DNA of 64,000 nt from Octopus sinensis (GCF_006345805.1 NC_043000.1:5518001-5582000); one strand, 5' to 3'. Shown: positions 41,260 to 55,589, numbered from the stretch's first letter. Numbers and translations: made by a program. Notes: generated by a model not told the origin, from the sequence alone.

Positions 41260-41892
41260 GTGAATGTATGTAAGTAATGTATGTACACATATATATACAG
41301 ATATATCTGTCTATATATTATATATGTATGTATATATGTGTGTACATATTTACCTATACACACATGCATATATGCACGTATGCATGTATGCATATATATA
41401 TTACATGATGATGAGATGCGTCTAGTGCAATTGTGCGTATAGTCACTAGGTTACATGAATTGTTACGTTCCACTTGTTTGCAATCTTCTTGCTTACTACT
41501 CGCTGCTGATAGCTAACTTCTGCAGTAAACGGAGAAGCAGCCTACTGTGTTGTAGAAGCCTACCCTGTCAACGCACAACCTTTCCTTAACCAAGATTCAT
41601 GCTGGCTGCTTTTGTTTTTGTTTTTAGTTTGTTTTTTGCTCACGGCCGGTTAGTATATGTCAAGCAGAAATCCCGGAGCAGCAACGACCTCAAAAGATAC
41701 AGTGTTTTATTCACCTTGGGCCTCATTTTTCATTGGATCTTTCTCCTATAGTGATATAAGTACATGTTCACAACTCCCATAAACGTTACTATAAAGCTTT
41801 ATTACGCAGGTAACTCCGGCTAAGTTTGGCGGCGGAAACGTGCCTGGCTGAAGGCGCATGTCTGAATGTGTAAAGTGTACCACTCAAATGAA

Positions 41893-42129
41893 AGGTGGCG
41901 AGCTAGCAGAAACGTTAGCACGCCGGGCGAAATGCTTAGCGGTATTCCGTCTGCCGTTACGTTCTGAGTTCAAATTCCGCCGAGGTTGACTTTGCCTTTC
42001 ATTTTTTCGGGGTCGATTAAATAAGTACCAGTTACGCACTGGGGTCGATATAATCGACTTAATCCGTTTGTCTGTCCTTGTTTGTCCTCTCTGTGTTTAG
42101 CCCCTTGTGGGTAGTAAAGAAATAGGTAT
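41893..42129 (+). mobile_element. tRNA-SINE family 2, full length
   Basis: Consensus-like; flanks CACTCAAAT and CATTCAAAT resemble a TSD. Confidence 0.92.
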
Positions 42130-43094
42130 ATCATTCAAATACACCACGTGAGATATACGGACACCTTAATTTGAATAAAAGAGCCAATCTTAACTTGAAA
42201 CAGCTCTCATGGCCCTTGATATGAGATGCTGCAATTTTTTCTTATTTTGTCTTCAGTGAAAGAAGACTACTTTCAGAAAGCTTTCTTAAAAAGAATAGTT
42301 ATGGTTACGCCTCTTTTCAGGAAAGGCTATACTGAAGGTGGACATTACGAATATGGCGTCGACTTTGCTGTCTTGAATAGTTTGATGTCTAAATTAACCG
42401 AGACATCGATTGGTATCAATGAACGTCTGGTGACACTCTCTATTTTCCTTGCTAAGAGCCACTATGTCACCTCTACTGGATGCCTATGCATCAACTCTGC
42501 CGTTTGATAATCAGGTAAAAGACCTCTTTTATCAGAGATTAGATCAGGTTCTACTTCAGAAAACAAGCCATCTTAAGAAATGAATTTAAGAGGAATGGGT
42601 AAGGAAAAATAAGCAAACCTGGGATCAGGTGGTCAAAGAAGTAGCAACAGACATTGTGTACGGAATACGACCATCTTCCACGGCAGAGCAAACAAAACAA
42701 CCTCGTATAGTATGGTAATGCTTAAGAAGTACCAAACGCCATGAAACAAGCTTACTGAGATTGGATATTGAATCCACTGTTAGACAGACATACGGACGGA
42801 CGGACGGACGGACGGATATATGGACGGATGGATGACTGAATGGATATATGATGAATGGTGTATCTGGAAATGTATTTGCAAAAAGAATAATTTTATCTCT
42901 CACACGCATTTAGTTTAGATTTTATACCAGTTTTATCATCCGTGTTGACTCCTTCTTCCTTCCACCTATTGTACATTTAGCCTCTCAAGGGAGCCCACCA
43001 AGATGCCTCTACGCGGTCGTTCAATCTAAAAAAGATAGCAGCTAAATCGTTTCCTTCAATTCATACCTCATAACAAAAGAAAAAGAAAAGAAAA

Positions 43095-43659
43095 ACCTGT
43101 TAGGAAAGTTCATGCCGATTTATAGTAGCTTACCTTTCGACTTATTTTAGAACGTGGTTGAGTCCATAAAATAGGATTTGACGACACCTCCGTTTAGAGC
43201 ACAGTTTAAGCTATCTTTTTGTGGAAGAAGATTTATGTTCCTATAACCTGTGTTAATTCTGTAACCCTTTAAAATGGAAGATAAGAAAGTTCATTTTCGG
43301 CACTTGATGCTTTGGGAACCAGACAAAAATTGCTGCAGCTCGGCTGGGATGTGTTACCCAACCCTCCATATTCACCAGATATTGCTCCTTCGGATTTCCA
43401 CTTGTTCAGGTCTCTGCAGAATAGTCTTAATGGTAAAAATTTCAAATCCTTGGATGACGTAAAAAGATACCTTGATGAATTCTTTACCATGAAACCACCG
43501 CGGTTCTGGGAAGAGGGTATTTTCAAGTTAAAGAAAAGATGGAGACGCAATATGCAACAAAATGGTTCATATTTGGTTGATTAAAAATATAATGGTAAGT
43601 ATTTATTGACCTTTTTCTTTCCTTTAAAAATCGGCACGAACTTTTCGGACAACCCAATA
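43095..43659 (+). mobile_element. Internally deleted mariner (about 565 bp, both TIRs)
   Basis: MEDKKVHFRHLMLWE fused out of frame to TRQKLLQLGWDVLPNPPYSPDIAPSDFHLF...; right TIR AAATCGGCACGAACTTTTCGGACAACCCAATA. Confidence 0.9.
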
Positions 43660-44239
43660 TGTACCAATCGAGAGGTGGGATCAATTTAATTGATCTTACT
43701 GGCTCCCACAAAAATTATATTTTGCCCCTGTTAGAAATCATTATTTCAAAACTAGGGTATTTTTCTCGCTTTACTAAATGTACATTTTTTCCCAGAGAAT
43801 ATAATCCTATCCTACAAAACGTTCTTGTATGATCTCATCTATTTGGCTGCCAACGTTCAAAGTGATTATATAACATTCGCGTTGTTCCATTTACTAACCA
43901 AATGACGATAGCGATTTTTTTTTGTTACAGTTTGAAATATAAACTTTTAAATATCACCTGTTAAAGATCTAGTTTTCTATTTCTATCTTCGAAACAAGCT
44001 GATTACTTGTTTTCTCCTCCCCACTTCTCCTCATCCATCTTCTTCTTCTTCTTCTTCTTCTTCTTCTTCTTCTTCTTCTTCTTCTTCTTCTTCTTCTTCT
44101 TCTTCTCTTCTTCTTCTTCTTCTTCCTCCTCTTCCTCCTCTTCCTCCTCTTCCTATCTGGTTTGTTTCCAGGCTTTCGCAACACATTATTAACTGGGTAT
44201 TGCTGTCGGTTGAAACGTAAACACTTGTATTCAATGAAG

Positions 44240-44765
44240 TATTCGGGGAAAACATGAGCGACGATGGCCTCGACATGTATCTGGGCGCCGACTAATATAG
44301 CCGGGAACAGTCACTGTTGAAGAACTTTCAAGTCCGAGATTATGTACAATTTCCAACAGTTCTTGGTTTGGCGGTGCTACATCGGAGTGGTTACATGTTC
44401 TTTATAAATTTTACAAGGACGATCTTGTTGAAACAGCCAGCAAACGAACCTTTCTGAGAAGCTCACGCGGGGATTAAACCGCCCAGTACAGTAGCTGTTT
44501 TGTCTCTATCCATTGCAGATTTGTAGATTATGTTGAACAGTTGTAACCATGAGTGGGACTGTTCCAGCTATTAGCGAGATATACTGCGAAGAGCGACCTA
44601 TCACCTTCATAAGCAAGGAAGAGCGAGCAGTCTTTCTCTTCCTGATGGCTACAACAAAAATTTAAGACTAGAGCTTTTCCCTTCGAATAAAGCCTCGTCA
44701 ACGTCTTCAAGTACCTCATGAAACGGAAGGTCAAGATAGATAGGGGGATGTTACTTCTTGACAAG
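44240..44765 (+). mobile_element. Old Tx1-clade L1 C-terminal fragment
   Basis: Degenerate homology to 36370-36930 (SDDGLDMYLGAD; NFQQFLVWRCY; TTCAAGTAC). Confidence 0.6.
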
Positions 44766-44769
44766 TAGG

Positions 44770-45108
44770 TTGAGCACCCCTTCGGTCGTTACTGACCGTG
44801 GGATTGCACCTAGAAAGTTACCCTCCCAGGCACAAGTCCTGGCAAGGTTGTTTATGGAAGACCAGCAGTCGTCGATGCATGCCGGCCTCCCCTCTCCACG
44901 CCCCCAGTGTTATCCAAGAGAAAGGCAAAGGGGCCGATACAGCTTGGCACCTGTGACGTCGTAACTCATTTCTACAGCTGAGTGAACTGGAGCAACGTGA
45001 AATAAAGTGTCTTGCTCAAGAACACATACGCAGTCCGGTCCGGGATTAGAACTCACAACCTCACGGTCGTAAAATCGACGCTCTAACCACTGAGCCATGC
45101 GCCTTCAC
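44770..45108 (-). mobile_element. tRNA-SINE, family 3-like head with a different tail
   Basis: Reverse strand TGGCTCAGTGGTTAGAGCG head and CTTGAGCAAGACACTTTATTTCACG core. Confidence 0.78.
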
Positions 45109-45393
45109 TAGTAGATATAAAAGTGGCAACTTGGCGTACATTAAGAAGTCTATATAATCTATGAGCATGAAGAAGGCGCTTCTTGCTTTTGAGTGGTCAG
45201 GGCATTCCGAGGTTTTGCGTGCGATGCACAGACTTTCCTTTTGTGGCTGCCTCCATTTTGTAGATCATTTGTTGTTGTTGTTATTTGGTTCTTTTATTTG
45301 TTATTGCTGATTTCGTCTTCTATGTAAATCCTTTAACTGTTTCCCTCTTTCTTCTTTGTACTGTCTCCACTTGTGGTCAATAAAAAATAGCAC

Positions 45394-45815
45394 CATCGTC
45401 GTCGTCGTCGTCATCATCATCAACTTCATCTTCATCATCATCATCATCATCATCGTCGTCATCATCGTCGTCGTCGTCGTCATCATCATCAACTTCATCT
45501 TCATCATCATCATCATCATCATCGTCGTCATCATCGTCGTCGTCGTCATCATCATCAACTTCATCTTCATCATCATCATCATCATCATCGTCGTCATCAT
45601 GTCGTCGTCGTCGTCGTCATCATCATCATCAACTCATCTTCATCATCATCATCATCATCATCATCGTCTTCATCATCGTCGTCGTCGTCATCATCATCAA
45701 CTTCATCTTCATCATCATCATCATCATCATCGTCGTCATCATCGTCGTCGTCGTCGTCATCATCATCAACTTCATCTTCATCATCATCATCATCGTCGTC
45801 ATCGTCGTCGTCGTT
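45394..45815. repeat. CAT/CGT minisatellite with about 60-66-bp units
   Basis: CATCAACTTCATCTTCATCATC anchor recurs about six times. Confidence 0.85.
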
Positions 45816-45908
45816 CCTGTTGTTGCCTGTTGTGTTGGGCATAATGCTTAGCGGCTTCTCATGCGGCGTTTTCTATTTTGTGTTCAAATTACCCCAAGGT
45901 CCACTTTG

Positions 45909-45957
<49 letters not shown>

Positions 45958-46019
45958 TATCATTATCATTTTTATTATTATTATTATTATTATTATCATT
46001 ATTATTATTATTATTATTG

Positions 46020-46273
46020 AGTGAGAGAGCAGTCCATGCCATCGAAGTGACACTGGGGTACAAATATACGAAGCCCAGTATACCCATCATGACTACATGT
46101 CTGATAATGGTACACTAGGCACATGCATCACAACCATATGTGCACGACATGGTGATCTTATATTAAGATAAACAGCACATGACCTTGCACGTGGGGCCCA
46201 GTTAGAATTTTCTGCAAGAAGAGTAGCCCATCCCGCTGAAAAGGTCCCTGAATAAGAGTTGTTTAAGGATGTT
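46020..46273 (-). mobile_element. Family E element, 3' part
   Basis: Reverse complement of about 63326-63566; flanked by (TTA)n on both sides. Confidence 0.85.
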
Positions 46274-46341
46274 ATTATTATTGTTATTATCATTACTATC
46301 ATTATTATTATTAGTAGTAGTAGTAGTAGTAGTAGTAGTAC

Positions 46342-46413
<72 letters not shown>

Positions 46414-47017
46414 CAGCAGCAGCAGCAGCAGTTGGTACACCAGGAAAAATGCTTAGTGGCATTTCGTTAGTCTTAACGCTCTGAGTTCAAATTCCGCCGA
46501 GATCGATTTTGCCTTTCCTCCTTTCGTGGGCGATAAAATGCACCATTTATCACAGGAGTAATTGTTGTCTTAGTCTTCCACTGTCTCTTAAGATTTTGTT
46601 CCCCTAGGGAATTGCAAAGTCTATGATCTTACACTGTTAAGTTTTGTTCCCTATAATGACACCTATGATCTTACACCGTCCTCTATAATCATATCTGGTT
46701 TTCGTTCTTCAGGTGTATGGTCAGTCTTTCTGAGGAAATCACATAAGATCCTGTAAATCTCATTTTCCATCATATCCTCTGGTTCTTATTCTTACCACTT
46801 TCCTGTTATTTTGAAGCCATACACTCGCCTAAACCCGTAAAGCCCTCCACGAATTTAACTCAAAATGTAAGTATGGCAAAATTTATTGCTGCACCTATTT
46901 GAAGGTATTCTGTGAACGACTGTAAATTCAGTTAAAGAATGAATCATAGCAATGAATGACTCACCATGGAAAACGTAGATAGTAGCAACGAGAAAAAATT
47001 AAAATCCCAATCTATGT

Positions 47018-48600
47018 TTTGTCATTGATTTCTCAGCCACTGTCAACGCTTATAATGATTCTTGATGCTTTTCTATCGCTTATCAGTCATTGACGAGTTA
47101 ATACATACTACATCTGAACATTTTGCTTTTAGCAAAGTCGGCATAAAACATGCCTATTTTGAGCTGCGATTATTGATTAAATAGTGTCTTCAAACTGCTT
47201 TCCAAACCTTTAAATTGCATTAGTATACTCCTATTTGGCCCTTCGAACATAATGGCATGTTTTCAACGAGTGATTAATAAAATTACATCGCAGAATAATC
47301 ACCTATTCGTAGTTAAATTGCTTTATTGTATACAGTAACTCTACTGAGGGTCATAAGAAATTTAGGGTGGTTTTCTCAGCTGTGAATGATCTTATAACTC
47401 TTTCTAGAAAAAAAAATTTTCGGTAACACACGCATTAATTTCTTTGGTTATTACATGAAAGGCCACAAAATAATACCAGATCCCAATAGATTGTTTCTAC
47501 TTAAATGTTAACAGGTTCCTTGCAAAAAAATTATTGCTAGTTTATTACAGCAAACAGGCGTCAGATCATTTCTGGTGAAGCAAAACCCTTAAAGAAAGCT
47601 ATCCCTTTTCCTCTTCCCCAAGCTGCTGTCGTTACAGCTTTTGATACTTTGAAATCGATATAGAAAACTGACCGTCGTGTTAGTGAGCACATCATACCAT
47701 TTATAACTGAGACCCACGTAACAGGTTCTACTGTAACTACAACATTAGAAGGATTTTATTGCGTTTTTCTTTTCCCTCTCACCTTCTCCAAAACCAACTG
47801 CATTTGATGAGTGCTGATCTAAACGGTGACACTAACTTCTGAAGAGACGCGATCCCATTATTACAGACCAACATAGCATTTGATTTATGCTTGATAAATC
47901 TACTAAATAAATAATAATAAAATAACACATAATGCTGGAAGGTCAAATTCTCTTTATTCAGTTTTAACATTCTCTATCGTTATGGAGAAGAGGAAGTAAT
48001 GCCGCTTTCTTAATGTGATGTTCTACTCAAATAGATTACACATTTCTTCGACGGATTCACGATGAATCACGTTGTTCATGCGTGAAAATTTTCTCGTATT
48101 ATGTAAAGGCAAAAACGATTTCCGCTTTCTGCTATGAATGTTCTTAAAAGCTGTTGACAACCGAATTGATACCTGATTTTTCATTCCTATAACTCAACAC
48201 TTTCAGTAGATGTTGGGGAAAATTAGACAATCAAATACATTTTAGTGCTGTTTACTAAATGCCCAAGTTATCCGTTTGTTTTTCTTTGTATTGGCCTAAC
48301 TTCTTGAATTATAATTCAATATCTCGAAAACTTTTACTCTTTCTACACTGGATTACTGGAGCTAGCTGCCCTTATTGGGTAGCTCAGTTCATGTCTATAT
48401 AAATGGCAAATTTTGTAAATCAGCAAAAAATTACGGAAAGGAAACTAATTTTGCAACCTTACAAAGATGGAGGCATTGGACTCAATACAGAGCCAACCGA
48501 ACAGAATGAAAACTCTTAGTTTTAGAGTTATTGAATGTTTTAGAATCTCGCTTGGAAGGTGTTCTTTTTTTAAGTACTTCATTCAGTTTTCTCCTGGCCT
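47018..48600 (+). pseudogene. Heavily decayed Ty3/gypsy pol (RT, RNase H, integrase)
   Basis: FVIDFSATVN (47018), FGPSNIMACFQRVINK (about 47234-47281), RINFFGYYMKGHKIIPDPNRL (47431), integrase-like YPFVF and QFMS remnants; no LTRs seen. Confidence 0.72.
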
Positions 48601-48784
48601 CAACGGCTATCAACAAGTTTCTTCATGTTTATTTAGGTTTTCTTTCTTTTTAGACATCGTTTTCAAGTTGGCATTTCTTTTCCTTCTCGTGAACTTCTTA
48701 AAATAACATTATATACACATGCTTCAGTGATCCTTTAACTAAAGAAGATGAATTGATGGAATGCGATGAGGAATTTGTGGGGGC

Positions 48785-49100
48785 ACATTGCCTAGTGGTT
48801 AGAACAGCAGGTTCGCAGTCGAGGGATTGCGGGTTCGAATCTCAGACCGGGCGGTATGTGTGTTTATGAGCGGAGCACCTAAGCTCCACGCGGCTCCGGC
48901 AGAAGGTAAAGGTGAACTTCTGCTGACTCTTTCGCCACAACTTTCTCTCACTCTTTCCTCCTGCATCTTGCAGCTCAGCCTGCGGCGGATCGGCGTCCCG
49001 TCCAGAAGGGGGAACCTATACTCAAATGAAACTGGGAAACCAGCCCTTATGAGTCAGGCATGGCTCGAGAAGGAACAAACAACAACAACAACAACAACAA
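48785..49100 (+). mobile_element. tRNA-SINE family 3 variant with (AAC)n tail
   Basis: CCTAGTGGTTAGAACAGC head and GGGTTCGAATC B box. Confidence 0.78.
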
Positions 49101-50127
49101 TAGGAAATTTATCTATGTTCGAAAAAATAATGAAAAAATTAACACTGACATTCTTCGTTACCTGTTATTATGCCTGACAACTTCAGGTGAAGTAATTAGG
49201 TCTGCGGAATCAGCTTTTCCAATTGCTGACACAATTCCAAATCTCAATAACACTTCCAACTTAATTCATTCTCCATTCCACGTCAATACCTTTTTCTCAT
49301 GAGAGAAAACGTTTTGATTAAAAGAGACCGTAAGACGGCAAGACATTCCACCGAGTCCTGCAAAGTGCATCGCTTCCATTGATAAAATTCTTCGTACAAA
49401 AAAAAAAACAACCTACAAAACCACAAAAAAAAAATGTTCATTAAAATGTATAAATATAAAATTCAATTCCAGACTGCTATCATATAATTACCATTTTGTT
49501 AATTTTACAATATCACAGTTTTTTGTTATTTTTATTAAGGTGCAAGTTCATTTTTCTTACAAATTGTTTCTGATAGAAACACGAGATCTAATATTTGTGG
49601 GCAAGAGTTAGTTGACACCAAAATACTTCTTGTCTTGGAGAGTGTTGTTTGCCTGAAGCGTTATGATGCGGAAGTGAAATGACAAACAACGAAGACTCAA
49701 AGCTTCTGACAATGCGTAGAGGAAAAGTTAAATAACTTTTATATATTACAAGCACAAAGGCTATATGCCAATCAACGTGGCAAGATCTACGTAAACTTAC
49801 ATTTCAAAGCCATCTGCTTCAATTGGTCTTTGTGCCAGAAATAGGTAAACGTTGCATAAGTTTCCGCTTTCCGTCTTATTTGTTATTTTGAAATTTGACT
49901 GGCACTTTATTTTATCGACCTCGGATGATTGAAAGACTATGTTGATCTCAGCAGTAATTGAATTCAGAACGTAAAGAACCGGATCAAATACTGCAGGGCA
50001 TTTCATCCGACAGCTCTAGCAATTCTACAAATCTACCATCATCTCCATAAACCGTATAAATTCTGATAAGATAGATATTTCCCTTTTTTAAAGCGGATAT
50101 TGCGTTGGATATTATACCAAGTGTAAT

Positions 50128-50545
50128 AAGGCGGCAAGCTGGCAGAAACGTTAGCACGCCGGGCGAAATGCATAGCGGTATTTCGTCTGCCGTTACGTTC
50201 TGAGTTCAAATTCCGCCGAGGTCGTTTTGCATTTCATCCTTTCGGGGTCGATAAATTAAGTACCAGTTACGCACTGGGGCCGATGTAATCGACTTAATCC
50301 GTTTGTCTGACCTTCTTTGTCCCCTCTGTGTTTAGCCCCTTGTGGGTAATAAAGAAACAGGTATTTCGTCTGCCGTTACGTTCTGAGTTCAAATTCCGCC
50401 GAGGTCGACTTTGCCTTTCATCCTTTCGGGGTCGATAAATTAAGTACCAGTTACGCACTGGGGTTGATCTAATCGGCTTTATCCGTTTGTCTGTCTTTGT
50501 TTGTCCTCTCTGTGTTTAGCCCCTTGTGGGCAATAAAGAAATAAG
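50128..50545 (+). mobile_element. tRNA-SINE family 2 dimer with 12-bp TSD
   Basis: Full unit plus headless unit joined at GGTATTTCGTC (about 50360); TATACCAAGTGT at 50113-50124 and 50546-50557. Confidence 0.9.
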
Positions 50546-50926
50546 TATACCAAGTGTTGAAGAATTCTATAAAAGCGTATGGCGCTCTAACTTCATTCCC
50601 TGAACGAAAACTTGGTACACGATTTCTGTTAGCCTGACTTCATACGGCAGTCATACAGACTCCTTCACCCAGCTCTATGAAAATGTGGCTTTCTGCTTAA
50701 CTAAAGAAATCATTATTATGTCCACGGACTTCGAGCTTATCGATTTATTTTGTTTCAGCTGTCGTTGCAATTATTTCAATCAAAGCGGATCTCTAAAGAA
50801 AATAAACAAACATGAAAACAAACCTAGAGCACGTAGCGGACAATCAATACGGTTAATTATTAACTGATACGGATATACGTTATGTGTTCTATCATATGTA
50901 TGTATACATGTGTGTATATACATATG

Positions 50927-51012
<86 letters not shown>

Positions 51013-51211
51013 AAGAGAGAGATATACATATGTATATACATATATATATATATACATATTCATATATATATGTGTGTGTGTGCGTGTGTGTGTGTGTGTG
51101 TGAGTATGAGTGTGTGTCTGAATGTGTATTTATGAATATAGATATATATGATCACACATGCACACCATACACACGAGCACATACATATGCTGTATATATA
51201 TATATATGTGT

Positions 51212-51271
<60 letters not shown>

Positions 51272-51339
51272 TGTGTGTTTGCGTTAATAACCCCTATAAT
51301 GTGGTGCTTTATCCCTTCACCAAAGTGAATAGAACCTTG

Positions 51340-51850
51340 GCCAGGAGGAATAGTTGTGAGACGGTATCCAACGTTCATCGGGTGTTTCGACTCTGAACCG
51401 TAACACTCTCCCGTTAGTGGGTCAGCAGAGGTGGCCAAGTCACTACTCCTCATCTCCTCCTAGCTCCCAGCTTAACTCTTCTCTCTTACTCCAAAGGCAA
51501 CAAGAGGCTCTTTCAGCGGCCTCTCCCATACTGCGCACAGCCACCCTTCGCTCCTTACCTCTCATTCTAAAATCTGTACTCAAACTCCATGCCAACTGAG
51601 TAGGGAATCCCTACAGCCAAACTCGACTGCCGTCCCTTCTCCCTGCAATCATGTAAAAGGCTCTCGTATCTGGCACGCTTCCGTTCATGACCTCATCACA
51701 TCCAACTTCCCACGGAACTGTGAGTTTAATTACGATAATTTTCTCGGCCTTTTTAGACGACAGGGCCACATCTGGTTTCAGGGTTGTATAGACAACCTGG
51801 GGAAACTGAAACTGTAATGGCGGTTGCTTCTGAGAGGACCCCATGGAAGA
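51340..51850 (-). mobile_element. HERO-like RLE non-LTR element, 3' fragment
   Basis: FPQVVYTTLKPDVALSSKKAEKIIVIKLTVPWE and EAAERASCCLW; PD..(E)LTVPWE endonuclease signature. Confidence 0.75.
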
Positions 51851-52585
51851 GATGCCTGGGATCACTACCAAACAAAGTTCCAAGAAATACCGGGTGGAAA
51901 AGATGGATGGATTCATGGATAAACACAATGACTATAGTAGATGAATCGTAAAATTAAAGATGGAAAGAAATATACAAGCAAAATCAATTACAAGAAAGTT
52001 TTTAAAATTAAGTACAAAAGGGTAAAAACTACCAGATGGTGAAATGTATATCCCATTTGTGAGTATAAACCATTATCTTTTATATCCTACTAGCTGCTGC
52101 AGTAAACAATTATCGCGTTTCTTTCACACACAAACCCCTTATATTTCAGATGCCCACAAAACATTTTAGGTACTGCTCTTTCTTTCACTTCTAGCAAGCA
52201 TATAAGAAATCAAGTACTTTGATATAATTAGTAAAGCCCACGTCATCCAAAAATATAAAGTTTGAATTATTGTTTACATTCATTATTTATTGCTTTACTT
52301 CGAAAGATAAAATATCTTATTTTCAGGAATTGTGTAAAACATGATAGTTTATTTTTTGCGTTTTATTGTCGCCAATGTTTGTCAAATACAAAAAGAAATT
52401 AATCACAGAAACGGTCACCCGGAAAACAACCAAAATTAGGAGAAAATTTATTTATGTTATTCGCATTAGAATATCAAAACACTGATACGCCATCATGAAC
52501 TGTGCACACGTGGTACATTTGCGTCACATTTTCATTTTTTTACCAAATCTTCATCTCTGTGACATGAGTTTTTCGCTCTTTACAG

Positions 52586-52594
52586 GATCACAAA
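52586..52594 (+). other. Candidate 9-nt microexon GATCACAAA
   Basis: TTTTTCGCTCTTTACAG|GATCACAAA|GTAAGT; frame-preserving length; motif evidence only. Confidence 0.3.
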
Positions 52595-54427
52595 GTAAGT
52601 GACTGAACTGGATTTAAATCGTCTGTACTGTCTTTCTTCGAAAGCATGGCTTTAGTTCGAATTAAAGCAATATTTAAATATTTGGCAAACCCATCGGACC
52701 CTGATACTGAACTATTTAAAACTTTCCATAATATAGAGAGGAACTTCCTCCCACTAAAGACCATACCATCTCATCACAAAGGTTTTCTAACCCCAGACAT
52801 ACCAAGTTCTTGCATGCCCTCCAATATTTTAAGCTGTTGATATTTCGGGAAAATCTTCCAGAATAATCCCAGAACCGCTCACGCTTTGATTGTATTTGCA
52901 CATAGGTGTCACTGTCATCGGTGAATATCCATATATACCCATATATAATAAACCTTTACATAAATAAATAACGTGAAATACACGAAGGGACGAACAAAAA
53001 GACAAACGGATCATTCAAAGCCTTCGTTCTTCAGTCAGAAACTTATCCCTCATCGCAGATTTCGGCTGTTTAATTCTGAGATCCGCTCTGAATCAGCCAG
53101 CCACAGAAGGAAAGAATGCAACGCAACAGAGACGAACATGAAACGAAAAATCTTTTTTGGAGACAGTAACGGTTAAAAACATGGATGACACAGGCGCCCT
53201 ACGGCTTTGAGACAAAAAGAGAGAACAAAAACAATATATACCCATATATATCTGACCATATACCAACCATACTAACTACGAATAACTGCTAAGAATTTGC
53301 CTCATCCGTTTAATCTCAAGAACATATCATAAATGATGTCCCACTTACTTGTTACTTAGACTTATTTAAGTGGTAGCGACAAGCAAAGAGAACTAAACTT
53401 TGTACCTTGTACTGGTGCACATCATGCAATCGTCGAAAATAGCCGCTATTCTTAAACATACACCACCATACAATCGATCAGAAAAGCCACTCAATGTATA
53501 ATCCAGGCGTTACATCTCAGAAGCATTTCAGAAAAGAGGTATTTATTACTTTGCTCATGGCTTCACGCAGTTATATCAAGCACGAACCTACGAGCTGTAG
53601 AACAAACTCAGTAGTTTCACAATTTCCGCACTCACCACATTACCCACACTCTTTACACATTCACACATGAACTAATAGCCTTGTATAACAACCTTACAAC
53701 ACTCCACGAATATCTCATTCATTTCATTTCATTTATCTAATTTTATCTTACACTTTACCATTTTCAATTATTTTACAGCTCTTCAAGGTTACACCAGATA
53801 ATTTATTTCATTCTATTTCATCTCATGCCTCTAGTTTAATCCATTTTATTTCATTTATCATCTTCCCATCACCCGTCATTCAACAGTTATTTATTTAGTA
53901 ACTAATTAATCATTCACTTATCTATTGTTAATATTCATTAATTTTGCTAACCACCCGCCTGTCATCACATTTCCTCCCATAATGTAACACATGTATGTGT
54001 TTTGAGTAATTCGGAAGTTACGAGTGTGGACACAAGAATATGCAGGTGAGAAACTACGTGTTATAAAATGTTATTTGACTGCAAACTCATTAACCTTGCT
54101 TCGGCTATCTCCTTCTAATAAACACATTATATTCATATCACATATTTCAACCTACAGCAGAGCGACAGACATATTAACACCACATCAACACTAGATTTAT
54201 GCTAATCAGCTAATCATTTGCGTGTTGTCTGTTGTTGTTTTGTCTTCAACCAAAATGGCTGACAGATAACATTCGAAAGTGGTTCAAAAGCGATTACATG
54301 TGATGCTAGTTAAAATTTCTTTCAGGTTTAATTACAACTGATCATAGCATATTTTATATACAATACAACCGATACTGAGTACACATTCTCTTTTCGTTCC
54401 GATTTTCACAATGTGCACACACACACA

Positions 54428-54480
<53 letters not shown>

Positions 54481-54739
54481 CGTTAATATACACTGTATTT
54501 TAAGTAAGAGCTACTCCAAGCAATCATTTTAGGCTCAGTGTACTGGGACTGTAAGATTGGTTGGAGACCCATGGTACTTTATATAAATCTGCCGATTTAT
54601 CGTGTTTGAATGTCATGAAACTTTTTATAGCTGTTATTTGAAATCTGTGTTTATTAACTAATATTTATCTCTCACAGGATGGAGCACTTATTGTTTTGAT
54701 TCCACCTACTAATGCTTTGTCAGAGATAGACTACTGCAA

Positions 54740-55103
54740 CGGGACAAGAGGAAATCAACGCAACCAGATGGGCACGAGTGATAAAGACCCAACATGGCAA
54801 TGATGTCACACTAAGATCTTTGATGGATCTACCTGAGTAATCACTAAACGAACCCGAGGTGATGTACAAGCTTTTTCACGAGCATTCGCCCAGCTGTTTT
54901 GGGGGAGCGGTGGGCCGGAGCGTAGGTAGGACCTCACGGACTTCTTCGCTAGTTTTCCGCGTCTTTCGGGGCGGGATGCGAAATGGTGTGAGGGGCCGAT
55001 CACCGCTGTGGAGGTGGAGGAGACGTTGTCGGACTGCAGCAGGGACAAGTCGCCGGGACTAGATGGGCTCCCCTACGAACTGTATTACAGTATGCCAGAC
55101 TTT
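54740..55103 (+). mobile_element. Tx1-clade L1 internal fragment
   Basis: CEGPITAVEVEETLSDCSRDKSPGLDGLPYELYYSMPD, homologous to 34910-35030. Confidence 0.8.
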
Positions 55104-55127
55104 AACTTAAGTACCATATTCAACTGA

Positions 55128-55210
<83 letters not shown>

Positions 55211-55380
55211 ACAAATGTATCCTTTTCTAGTCTAGGCACTAGGCCCGAAATTTTTGAGGAGGGGGCTAGTTGATAAGATCGACTCCAGTACGCAACTGGT
55301 ACTTAATTTATCGACCTCGAAAGGATGAAAGGCAAAGTCACCCTCGGCAGAATTTGATATTTAAAATGTATCAAATATAT

Positions 55381-55453
<73 letters not shown>

Positions 55454-55463
55454 CGTATGTATA

Positions 55464-55499
<36 letters not shown>

Positions 55500-55501
55500 C
55501 G

Positions 55502-55545
<44 letters not shown>

Positions 55546-55556
55546 ATATATGTGTG

Positions 55557-55589
<33 letters not shown>

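Noticed and set aside
42226-42507. 93-aa ORF with a strong acceptor at about 42256
   Set aside because: VTPLFRKG and later residues resemble a decayed LINE RT segment; the frame ends in a stop before the best donor. A shorter 81-nt exon cannot be excluded.
51370-51400. GAAACACCCGATGA in the HERO-like 3' UTR
   Set aside because: GAAA and the core are in the wrong order, with no room for stems I and III.
53015-53100. Reverse-strand CTGAAGA and GGCTG...CAGCC-GAAA segments
   Set aside because: The core and the stem-GAAA belong to separate segments and do not assemble into one hammerhead.
54678-54803. CTAAT branch point and CACAG acceptor followed by DGALIVLIPP...
   Set aside because: The frame stops after 41 codons inside Tx1-derived sequence, with no good donor.
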